Shown piece after piece: positions 35,814-43,503 of a stretch of DNA of 45,002 nt (within the stretch, counting starts at the first letter, position 1; every line of letters begins with the position of its first letter). The notes under the pieces were generated by a model. The model was not told the DNA's origin and did not search any database. It saw nothing but the letters and a program-made list of their open reading frames with translations. This DNA comes from an uncultured Thermoplasmatales archaeon (lineage in GTDB: Archaea; Thermoplasmatota; E2; DHVEG-1): contig CAZVNH010000002.1 in NCBI GenBank assembly GCA_964628575.1, positions 1 to 45,002 of the forward strand. Direction: 5' to 3'. A program made the translations under genes and the position numbers.

Positions 35814-35990
35814 TTAATCTTCAATTTCTATATTTTCAGTATCGCAGAAATCAGCAAATCCGCAATTATAAGCTGTCGGGTCTAATTCTTTTAATATCTC
35901 TGATGAAGTAAAACTAATCCCCATTACGTCAATATCTCCTTCTCCGTTAAGATACTCATCATACAGTTTTAATGCTTCATATTCAGTCAT
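35814..35990 (-). CDS. Small strongly acidic protein (58 aa)
   Basis: MTEYEALKLYDEYLNGEGDIDVMG...DFCDTENIEIED. Lies at the early end of the leftward unit. Confidence 0.45.
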   Translation of the reverse strand: MTEYEALKLYDEYLNGEGDIDVMGISFTSSEILKELDPTAYNCGFADFCDTENIEIED

Positions 35991-36224
35991 TTTAAAAATA
36001 CCAAACAAATTTTATTAACCTAATCCAAATAAAAAGAGAAATAATTAAGGAAAAAGCAATAAAACATAATACTAATAACTGACCTAAAACTTGTAACCAT
36101 TCTTTCATCCTAAAATTTCCCCAATTTTCTGTTTCCCTTTTTATATTTATTTTCAAATAAACTACAGGTTGAAGATATTGATAAATTTGTTTTATGTGAT
36201 TTTTCTGTATTTTAAAATATAATT

Positions 36225-36259
36225 GCTGGCCGTTGTTGTTCTACCAGTATCGGCCAAGC
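36225..36259 (-). terminator. Hairpin downstream of the 75-aa gene (probable terminator)
   Basis: GCTTGGCCG pairs with CGGCCAGC (one bulge), followed on the minus strand by AATTATATTTTAAAA. Confidence 0.4.
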
Positions 36260-36268
36260 TGGTTTGTG

Positions 36269-36496
36269 TTAATGACGATCAAACCTAAATCCCATATCTT
36301 CCTGTTTGTAATGCTGTTCAAAACGTGCTTCCATTTCAGCAATTCCGTTTTGTAAAGCATTAACAATTTGTGTAACTTCATCTTTGGTATGTTCATAGTT
36401 ACCAGAAGATAAGTTACCAATTAGCCGAATCGCATTTAGTGCTTTTGATACTCTTTTTTCAGCTAATCTCCTAAATCGGATGTTACGTTCAGACAT
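36269..36496 (-). CDS. Hypothetical 75-aa protein, monocistronic, higher GC than the genome
   Basis: GGGGTAAAGAG Shine-Dalgarno region. Sequence MSERNIRFRRLAEKRVSKALNAIRLIGNLS.... It has its own downstream hairpin and a long structured leader. Confidence 0.6.
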   Translation of the reverse strand: MSERNIRFRRLAEKRVSKALNAIRLIGNLSSGNYEHTKDEVTQIVNALQNGIAEMEARFEQHYKQEDMGFRFDRH

Positions 36497-36723
36497 ACTC
36501 TTTACCCCTTAACAATTTGAAAAAACTTTTACAAGACTTAACATTAAACAAAATATAAAAATCACGATTGTTAAAAGGTGTTTTTGCCTTACCGTATTCC
36601 TTAACACTATTGATATTTGAAAGAACTTTATAATTGCTGCTGGTTTTTTTAAGGTAAACCAGCAAACCTTACCGAAGAGAGGGGTGTGAATCATTTTACT
36701 TTTTTACTCTATTTTATAATAAC

Positions 36724-36748
36724 ACGGGGGATTTATTCCCCCGTTTTA
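36724..36748 (+). terminator. Perfect 7-bp GC hairpin followed by T4
   Basis: ACGGGGG (36724-36730) pairs with CCCCCGT (38-44), followed by TTTT. Confidence 0.45.
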
Positions 36749-37075
36749 AGGAGGAGAGAGTAAATGATGACAATTCACTTGTCAAAGAACTACAGTATTA
36801 GTATAACACTACTATATTATACAAATCCAATCCCACCATAACACAATCCAATGACCGCCATAACCTTTTATGACACAAGGCAGGTATCTACGACTTGTAT
36901 AGTATCGTTTAAAAATTTTCATATCCCCACTATACCAAATCGGAATTAACAAATCAAGAAAAAACTGAGAAAAATTAAAAAATTGTTAAAAACTTTTGAA
37001 TTTGTTAGTTATCTATTTAACAAATAATGAGGATTGCGTAGTATTAGAGAATCTTATAATAGTATAAGCAGGAAT

Positions 37076-37111
37076 AACGAGGGTTGGTATAATCCCCCCT
37101 TGTTGTTTTTT
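37076..37111 (+). terminator. Orientation-specific rho-independent terminator (plus strand)
   Basis: AACGAGGG (37076-37083) pairs with CCCTTGTT (37097-37104), with one G.U pair that would be a C.A mismatch on the other strand. Followed by G + T6. Confidence 0.55.
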
Positions 37112-37422
37112 GTAAACATCAATGTTGATTTTTTACAACATTGGCCTGCCTTTACTTAAAATCTATGCCACAATACAACACACTACATATAGTGTGCCCA
37201 TTTAATCAACAATACACAAGATATAGTATGTCTTTATTTACTTAAAATCAACGGGGGAGGTAGGTTGGATTATCGGACATTATGGGCAGGGGTGGTATCC
37301 ACCAAGAAAATTATTTTTAAAATTTTGAAAACTTTTCTTAAATAAAAAATCTCCATTTTTAAGTCAATATTCCAGATTTTTAAACTTTTTTAAAAAATTC
37401 TTAAAAAATCCAAAGATTTTCC

Positions 37423-37451
37423 TTGACAAATGACTTTAAATATGGTATAAT
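37423..37451 (+). promoter_or_regulatory. Consensus sigma-70 promoter (TTGACA-17-TGGTATAAT), rightward
   Basis: TTTTCCTTGACAaatgactttaaatatggTATAAT. Confidence 0.7.
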
Positions 37452-37529
37452 ATATAGGTGAAATGGAAATAAAAATAAAATACTTTAAAATTTTTGGGAA
37501 CTTTTTTATTAATTATTTGTCTAATATAT

Positions 37530-37709
37530 ATGTATTGCCCTAATTGTGGACAACCTGTTGATGAGATAAAATGTAATTCTCCAGTAGAGATTTTTTGTCC
37601 AAATTGTAATGAATCCTTCTGGATTGAAGAAGAAACTCCCTATGGTCAAATGCTCCAGGATGGATTTGAGCTTATTAATCCTTATGAGGAAAATAGTAAT
37701 TATAACTAA
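37530..37709 (+). CDS. Small zinc-ribbon protein (59 aa from ATG 37530)
   Basis: MYCPNCG...FCPNCNESFW. Confidence 0.55.
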   Translation: MYCPNCGQPVDEIKCNSPVEIFCPNCNESFWIEEETPYGQMLQDGFELINPYEENSNYN

Positions 37710-37721
37710 TTTAATGATTAT

Positions 37722-37826
37722 ATGGATTATTTTACTAAAATACTGTTAGTATCATTAATTATTTCAGCTATAGTAATTATACCGATTGTAGCAATTATAT
37801 TAGCTATAATAGCTATTTTTAAATAA
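37722..37826 (+). CDS. 34-aa hydrophobic peptide
   Basis: Hand translation gives MDYFTKILLVSLIISAIVIIPIVAIILAIIAIFK. Confidence 0.3.
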   Translation: MDYFTKILLVSLIISAIVIIPIVAIILAIIAIFK

Positions 37827-37862
37827 ATTTTAAAAAATATTCAAATTTTTATGATTTTTTCC

Positions 37863-37891
37863 TTGACTTTTAACTTATAATATGTTATAAT
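37863..37891 (+). promoter_or_regulatory. Consensus sigma-70 promoter (TTGACT-17-TGTTATAAT), rightward
   Basis: TTTTTTCCTTGACTtttaacttataatatgtTATAAT. Confidence 0.7.
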
Positions 37892-37897
37892 ATAAGG

Positions 37898-38087
37898 GTA
37901 AAATCAAATGTTCTTTTTTAAGTAAATAGAGTGAAAAAGTGCGTCCAGGAAATCCCGAATACCTCGCAATACAGGATGCCCTGTTCTCATAAGCGTAGTG
38001 CTGAAATCTGGCAGGGTGTGAGGATGGAAACAGAGAATTTTTAAATAACCATCGCTAATAAGGGATTTTAAAGGAGAAAACAGGGTT
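37898..38087 (+). ncRNA. Candidate structured RNA / leader (unclassified) at the head of the late operon
   Basis: GC-enriched with no credible ORF. Nested helices: 37949-56 with 38062-69, 37962-68 with 38017-23, and 37971-75 with 37980-84. Confidence 0.35.
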
Positions 38088-38298
38088 ATGAAAAACAAGC
38101 CTTTAACCCACTCGACCTATATATTATTAATATATAATTATTACTTATTCAAAATATTTAATATTATATATATCTCTGTTAAAAATCCTGTATTAGATAG
38201 AAGTTAAGTAAATCAAAAACTATTTAATCTTGTTAAGTGAATATCTAACAAATACCTGAAATTAGCTAAAAAATAAGGGTAAGGATAAAAAATAATAA

Positions 38299-38484
38299 AT
38301 GATTTGCTCTTTTTGTGGTGAAAACAAGCCTTCCTCCCAATTTTGGGATAGGGAAGATAGAAATGAGAAATATAGCTGGTGTATTGAATGTTGTTTAAAA
38401 CAAAATCGAAATAAGAATTATCCTTCAATTAAAAAAAGAGGGTTTGGACAATTTTATCCTGGATTTAAGAATTTTAAAATTTAA
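38299..38484 (+). CDS. Small zinc-ribbon protein (61 aa)
   Basis: CSFCG...CIECC. Confidence 0.5.
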   Translation: MICSFCGENKPSSQFWDREDRNEKYSWCIECCLKQNRNKNYPSIKKRGFGQFYPGFKNFKI

Positions 38485-38490
38485 AAGTTT

Positions 38491-38754
38491 ATGAATACTG
38501 AAAAAACAATTCGAGATTTTTTAGATTTTTGGCTTCCAGAAGGGGAACTTCGGTTGTCAAAAACTTTTGATAAAAAATCCTTTCAATTTACACATAATAT
38601 TGGTTCTCGATTTTTTATACGAAAAGATACGAAATTAACTCAACCTGAGCTTGAAAATCAAATTTGTGTATTTTTCTTAAAATGTTTAGAAGATGAATTT
38701 GTTGTTTTAGATGAATTAAAAAAGAAAATTGAAGTTATTTTAGATAATGATTAA
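38491..38754 (+). CDS. Hypothetical protein (87 aa)
   Basis: ORF in the rightward unit. No family recognised. Confidence 0.55.
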   Translation: MNTEKTIRDFLDFWLPEGELRLSKTFDKKSFQFTHNIGSRFFIRKDTKLTQPELENQICVFFLKCLEDEFVVLDELKKKIEVILDND

Positions 38755-38808
38755 AATTTTAGCTATTATTATTGCAGTTTGTTGTATTTTTAGGATAATT
38801 TATTTAAT

Positions 38809-39024
38809 ATGGAAAATTTTGAAAAATTACAAAAAACAATAAATTGGCTTAATAGACATCCAAGAACTTTGTCAGGAACTATTTTTAATTTTAGAAGAAT
38901 TGGACGAAATGAAATTTGTCCATTATGTGATAGTGGATTGAAATATAAAAAATGTTGTTTGGTTTCGGAAAATCTGAAGAATCGGTATATTGAAAACAAA
39001 TATAAAGAAAGTTTAAATGGCTAA
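38809..39024 (+). CDS. SEC-C motif small protein (71 aa)
   Basis: CPLCDSGLKYKKCC matches the SEC-C metal-binding motif. Confidence 0.55.
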   Translation: MENFEKLQKTINWLNRHPRTLSGTIFNFRRIGRNEICPLCDSGLKYKKCCLVSENLKNRYIENKYKESLNG

Positions 39025-39601
39025 AGGTGGAGGAAAAATTAGAACAGGTTCGATAGTTCATAATTCTGATTTACTTCCTATGGCAGAGAAATTGGCAGAA
39101 TTAGGAATTCCAAGAAAGACTATAGCATTTGTTTTGGGTTTAAATGGAAAAGCTTTTGCTAAATTATGGGATTCTTCTGGTGATTTGCGTAAAGCAATAG
39201 AATCTGGTGAAAAGTTAGCTCAGACTGATTTTATTGCTACAATTATTAAAGAAGCTGCTGGTTATGATTATAAGTTAAAAAAAACTACTTATAAATATTT
39301 AGACCCTACAGATGAAAAGCCAATAAGAGTTAAAGTTGGAGAAACTATTGAAACTCGACATCAACCAGCAAATGCTGCCCTTGCTACTTTTTTGGCTTGT
39401 AATTTAATGCCTAATGATTTCCGTAAGGAAACTCAAATTAAAATTGATAAGAGAACTCAATCTCTTATAGTTGGAGGAGATTTAGGAACAGAACATTTAC
39501 GTAAATTGGCTGGCTCATTTATGGAATTAGCTGATAAACAAGATAAAAAGCAAATTGAATCAAAAGAAGTAGAGAATGAAACTAAGTCTCGAAAATCCTA
39601 A
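39017..39601 (+). CDS. Putative terminase small subunit
   Basis: 194 aa. Overlaps the TerL start. HTH-like segment IPRKTIAFVLGLNGKAF. Confidence 0.45.
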   Translation: MAKGGGKIRTGSIVHNSDLLPMAEKLAELGIPRKTIAFVLGLNGKAFAKLWDSSGDLRKAIESGEKLAQTDFIATIIKEAAGYDYKLKKTTYKYLDPTDEKPIRVKVGETIETRHQPANAALATFLACNLMPNDFRKETQIKIDKRTQSLIVGGDLGTEHLRKLAGSFMELADKQDKKQIESKEVENETKSRKS

Positions 39602-40499
39602 AGATTTCTATAAAATTATTCCAAAAGATATAGGAGAAAATTTATCTTTTCGTAAAGATTTATACAATCTTCTTGCTGTCGATGGTGGATTTAAAGAAGC
39701 ATTTTTGGAATTATGTTGGCAAAAACCATCAATATTTTTTAGTTCTTGTATGTTTACTTTTAATCCTAAAAATGCACCAGGATTTAGAAATCCCCCATTT
39801 ATTTTAAGACCTCAACAAGTTATTGTTGTTGATGAGTTGCACAAAGCAATTATTGAGGGATATGATTGTGCTTTAGATAAAACAAGGGATGAAGGAGCAA
39901 CTGTAATTTTATGTAGTTTATTTGATTTTCATTGGCTTGTAACAAATCAATCAATGTTTTTGCTTGGTTCTCGAAAAGAAGAATATGTTGATAAGTCAAC
40001 TGAAATTCAAGGAGACAGGGTTATAGGAGACCATAAATGTCTATTTCATAAAGTTCTTTATGGAATTATGACTCTTCCTAAATGTTTAAGACCAAAATAT
40101 TTTAAGAAAACTCATTTACATTTTGAAAATTTAGAAAATGGTTCTTGTATTGATGGTGAAGCAACAAATGAATCGTTTGGTGGTGGAGATAGAAGAACTG
40201 CTGTTGGAGTTGATGAATTTGGTTTAATAGAATCAAGAATTGCAGAAACTATTCGTCATACGTTATCTGATGTTTCTGATTGTATTATTTATAATTCTAC
40301 TCAAGGACCAGCAGCAGGACATCCATATACGAGATTGTTAAATTCTGGAAAATTAAAAATATTGGAATTGCCTTGGGAAAAAAATCCTGAAAAAAATCAG
40401 GGACTGTATCGAAGTAATGCTTATGGAGAAGTTGAAATAGTAGATATTCCATATTGGGAAAAAAGAATTCCAAATTTAAAAGAATATGCTAAAAATTAA
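39576..40499 (+). CDS. terL: Terminase large subunit, ATPase domain (first of two frames)
   Basis: Walker A-like DKTRDEGAT, Walker B AVGVDEFG and coupling motif NSTQG. Confidence 0.8.
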   Translation: MKLSLENPKDFYKIIPKDIGENLSFRKDLYNLLAVDGGFKEAFLELCWQKPSIFFSSCMFTFNPKNAPGFRNPPFILRPQQVIVVDELHKAIIEGYDCALDKTRDEGATVILCSLFDFHWLVTNQSMFLLGSRKEEYVDKSTEIQGDRVIGDHKCLFHKVLYGIMTLPKCLRPKYFKKTHLHFENLENGSCIDGEATNESFGGGDRRTAVGVDEFGLIESRIAETIRHTLSDVSDCIIYNSTQGPAAGHPYTRLLNSGKLKILELPWEKNPEKNQGLYRSNAYGEVEIVDIPYWEKRIPNLKEYAKN

Positions 40500-41562
40500 A
40501 CAACAAAATTTACCAGAAGAATATCAAAATTTGCTAATTTTTGATGGTGGGGAAAGTAATTTTGGTGGATATAGGTCTCCTTGGTATGATGCAGAATGTA
40601 GAAGAAGAGATAAACAGGATGTAGCTCGAAATATTGATAGACGTGCAGTAGAACTTGGAGATAGATTTTTTGATGAGAGCATTTGTAAGCAAATTGAAAA
40701 TAAATATATAAGACCCCCTGACTTTTCTGGTGAAATTATTTTTAATAAAAGTAGAAACGGCAAAATTTGTAATGTTAAATTTGAAAATAATTATGGACGA
40801 AAAAGATTTAATTGGTGGGGAGAATTAAAATCTGGAAGGCCAAGCCAGCTTTATAATTATGTGGTTGCTGTTGACCCTTCAGGAGGAACTGGAGCAGCTA
40901 ATAGTATAATTAGTGTTTATAATGTGAATCTTTTTGAAAAAGTTGGAATATTTGCTTGTCCAAATACTGCATCTGAAAGTTTGGCTGATTATGCTATAGC
41001 AATTTGTAAATGGGTTGGTGGAGCAACATCCAAATCTTTGCTTGGATGGGAAGCAAACGGAATAGGAGCTACTTTTGGAAGGAGAGTTTTATTCCATAAT
41101 TATCCTCTTGTTTATATAAGTAGAGATGAAAAAGCAAGAACTAAAAAACGGAAAAATAGATATGGATGGTGGTCAACTTCTGGACAAAATGGAACTAAAT
41201 TTGATTTATTGACTGAACTTCGTGCTGCTTTAAGTGAAAGTCTTAAAGAAAAAAATGATATTCAATATATTGCTTTAATTATTCATGATATTGAAACTTT
41301 AAGAGAATTAAGAGATTATAAATTTTTAAGTTCTAATGAGATTGGGCCTTCGAGTGGAATTGATGATTCTACTGGAGCAAGATATTCTCATGGAGATAGA
41401 GTAATAGCAGATGGAATTGGTGTTTTATTAATGACACATCAACCAAAAGCTGTTGTTCAGGAAATTAAGAATTATCCTAAAAATAGTTTTGGATATAGAT
41501 TTCAGCAGTGGAAGGAAAAGAAAGAAAAAAATAAACGAACTCAACGGAGATATTTATATTAA
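40486..41562 (+). CDS. terL: Terminase large subunit, RNase H-like nuclease domain (second frame)
   Basis: VVAVDPSGGTGAANS, LLGWEANGIG and HGDRVIADG supply the acidic residues. There is no Shine-Dalgarno before ATG 40486. Confidence 0.8.
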   Translation: MLKIKQQNLPEEYQNLLIFDGGESNFGGYRSPWYDAECRRRDKQDVARNIDRRAVELGDRFFDESICKQIENKYIRPPDFSGEIIFNKSRNGKICNVKFENNYGRKRFNWWGELKSGRPSQLYNYVVAVDPSGGTGAANSIISVYNVNLFEKVGIFACPNTASESLADYAIAICKWVGGATSKSLLGWEANGIGATFGRRVLFHNYPLVYISRDEKARTKKRKNRYGWWSTSGQNGTKFDLLTELRAALSESLKEKNDIQYIALIIHDIETLRELRDYKFLSSNEIGPSSGIDDSTGARYSHGDRVIADGIGVLLMTHQPKAVVQEIKNYPKNSFGYRFQQWKEKKEKNKRTQRRYLY

Positions 41563-43328
41563 TGGCTAAACAAAAACAATTAGCAGAAAAAAATGTTCGT
41601 ATGAGATTTCCAGTTCGGTTACAAAGAATTGCTAAAGCTTGGCAATCTCTTACTGAAGCTCCTTTAAATAATCGTGTTAGAATATTAAAATCATGGGCAT
41701 CTGGATATTTTGATAAAGGTGCTGGAAGCACTCATTTAGTGAACTTAATTGATAGAGGAATTTGCACTTTAACCCCATTTTTAGTTGAAGGAAATCCTAA
41801 AGTTCTTGTTGAAAGTGAAATTGGAAATTTAAGGTCATGGGCATATATCACAAGATTGGCTATGAACTTTTTTATAAATAAGATAAAATTGGCCGAAAAT
41901 GTTTTAATTCCTGCTGCACAAAATTCCATGTATGGGGCAGGAATTGTAAGAACTTCTTTTGTTCATAATAGAGGTTATCAAAATGATGAAACTGAAATTA
42001 GACTTGGAATTCCATCAGTTGATGTAATTGATGATTCAAATTATATTGGAGACCCATCAGCAAGTTGTATAAAGGATTTTTTGATTGAGGGGGATATTTA
42101 TAGACTTCCAACTGATTATGCAAAAGATTTTTTTCCGAGTAAATATGCAGATTATATTAAACCTGATTGTAAATTAAGATATGACCATTCTCCAACAGAT
42201 ATTGCTAAAAAGAATTTTGATAGAAATATATTTTCATTAAGGGATTTTACTACTTTTATAGATTTATATTTATATGATGAAGATATTGTTGTAACAATTA
42301 TGCCTGAAGGAAAAAAGGCAATTATATTAAATACTATTGATTGGGGAGATGTTCCTGGAAGTCCGTATGATAAGCTTGGATATAAATATTTTCCTGAAAT
42401 GCCAATACCAATACCTCCAGCTTGGGCCTGGTATGACCAAGATACAGAATTGAATTTTCTTCTACAGAAGATGAAAGAACAGGCTGCATCTCAAAAAGAT
42501 GTTTTGGCTTATGAAGGGTCTGCTAAAGAAGATGCTAAAAGAGTTGCAGCTATATCTACACAAGGAACGGCTCAGGTTGATGATGTTCAAGCATTAAAAG
42601 CTTTAAGTTTTGGCGGTGTTAATCCACAAAATTATCAATGGGCTAATTTTATTGAAAGTCATTTTGCTACTGAAATTTCTAATTTATATATGCTTGGAGG
42701 AAAGGAAGCACAATCTCCCACTCTTGGGCAGGAACAAATGTTAATGGCAAATGCTTTGAGATATGTTTCAAGTATGTCAACTAAATTTCATAATTTTATG
42801 GAATCCGTTGTGAGAAAATTAGCTTGGCATTTTTGGACAGACCCAACAGTTTATGTTCCTGTTATAAGAGAACTTCCTGGTATAGACAATTTTCCTGCTG
42901 TTTTTTCAAGAGCAGAGCAAGTTGGAGATTTTTATGATTTTGTTTTTAAGGTTATTCCATATTCTGCTCAAAGAGAAACACCTAATGTTAAATTTCAAAA
43001 AATGTTACAATTTTTAACTCAATGGATTTTACCAACATTACCTGTTGCTGCACAACAGGGAGTTACTGTTGATTTTAATATGGCAACTAAAGTTTTATCA
43101 GATTATTTTGGTATTGATACATTGAATCAATGGTATAGAAGTTTATATCCAAATGAGCTTCAAAATGTGGGTTATAAAATGTTGCCAACTCCAGCAAAAG
43201 GTGCTGGTGATAGATTTGGGGCAAGTTATGGAAGTAGAATGGCAAATTTAAATCAATTTACCAGTTCTGAAAGAGCCAATAAATCAAGTCCCCCGCAAAG
43301 TAAAGAAAGTGAATTATATAATATATAG
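41562..43328 (+). CDS. Putative portal protein (588 aa)
   Basis: TAATG coupling to TerL. The call rests on size and position, with no motif-level identification. Confidence 0.6.
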   Translation: MAKQKQLAEKNVRMRFPVRLQRIAKAWQSLTEAPLNNRVRILKSWASGYFDKGAGSTHLVNLIDRGICTLTPFLVEGNPKVLVESEIGNLRSWAYITRLAMNFFINKIKLAENVLIPAAQNSMYGAGIVRTSFVHNRGYQNDETEIRLGIPSVDVIDDSNYIGDPSASCIKDFLIEGDIYRLPTDYAKDFFPSKYADYIKPDCKLRYDHSPTDIAKKNFDRNIFSLRDFTTFIDLYLYDEDIVVTIMPEGKKAIILNTIDWGDVPGSPYDKLGYKYFPEMPIPIPPAWAWYDQDTELNFLLQKMKEQAASQKDVLAYEGSAKEDAKRVAAISTQGTAQVDDVQALKALSFGGVNPQNYQWANFIESHFATEISNLYMLGGKEAQSPTLGQEQMLMANALRYVSSMSTKFHNFMESVVRKLAWHFWTDPTVYVPVIRELPGIDNFPAVFSRAEQVGDFYDFVFKVIPYSAQRETPNVKFQKMLQFLTQWILPTLPVAAQQGVTVDFNMATKVLSDYFGIDTLNQWYRSLYPNELQNVGYKMLPTPAKGAGDRFGASYGSRMANLNQFTSSERANKSSPPQSKESELYNI

Positions 43329-43336
43329 GATATAAT

Positions 43337-43501
43337 ATGTCTAAAAAATGTAAACATAATTGGAAATATTATAAAGTTGTAAAAAATAAACCAGATTTTG
43401 TTAATAATGTTACAAGATTTTGTGTTAGATGCGGATTAAGGGAATTTGTGAGACAACTTCATTCTTGGGAATGTGAAAAAGAAGAGATTTTGGAGATATA
43501 A
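43337..43501 (+). CDS. Small Cys-containing protein (54 aa)
   Basis: Hand translation gives MSKKCKHNWKYYKVV...FCVRCGLREF.... Confidence 0.4.
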   Translation: MSKKCKHNWKYYKVVKNKPDFVNNVTRFCVRCGLREFVRQLHSWECEKEEILEI

Positions 43502-43503
43502 TA

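Larger units (their letters stand above)
36497..37422. promoter_or_regulatory. ORF-poor control region of about 0.9 kb between the divergent units (promoters, terminators, repeats; candidate origin or sRNA locus)
   Basis: It contains no ORF of 60 aa or more that is credible. See the individual hairpins, palindrome and repeats listed in the findings. Confidence 0.5.

Noticed and set aside
19049-36496. A search for integrase, repressor, reverse transcriptase (DGR or retron), toxin-antitoxin modules or known anti-CRISPR/anti-CBASS families in the early region.
   Set aside because: No ORF shows the corresponding motifs: tyrosine or serine recombinase, YxDD reverse transcriptase, or recognisable Acr/Acb folds. 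Absence is judged by eye only, and profile searches could overturn it.
37151-37249. The 13-bp direct repeats and similar short repeats in the control region as a CRISPR array.
   Set aside because: Only two copies are present. The repeats are too short and AT-rich, there is no regular repeat-spacer periodicity, and there are no cas genes.
37904-38098. The 64-aa minus-strand ORF across the GC-rich element, and the nearby track ORFs 38213..38428(-), 38790..38999(-) and 36509..36694(-).
   Set aside because: They lack Shine-Dalgarno sites and run against the local transcription direction set by consensus promoters. Their composition is explained better by structured RNA or leader sequence, or by the opposite-strand genes (38299.., 38809..).
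36750-38110. GC-rich intergenic segments (also 4447-4548 and 6049-6161) as tRNA or tmRNA genes.
   Set aside because: I could not find a cloverleaf with a 7-bp acceptor stem, a GTTCRANYC T-loop or D-loop GG. The hairpins look like terminators or leaders instead. tRNAscan-SE should confirm this.
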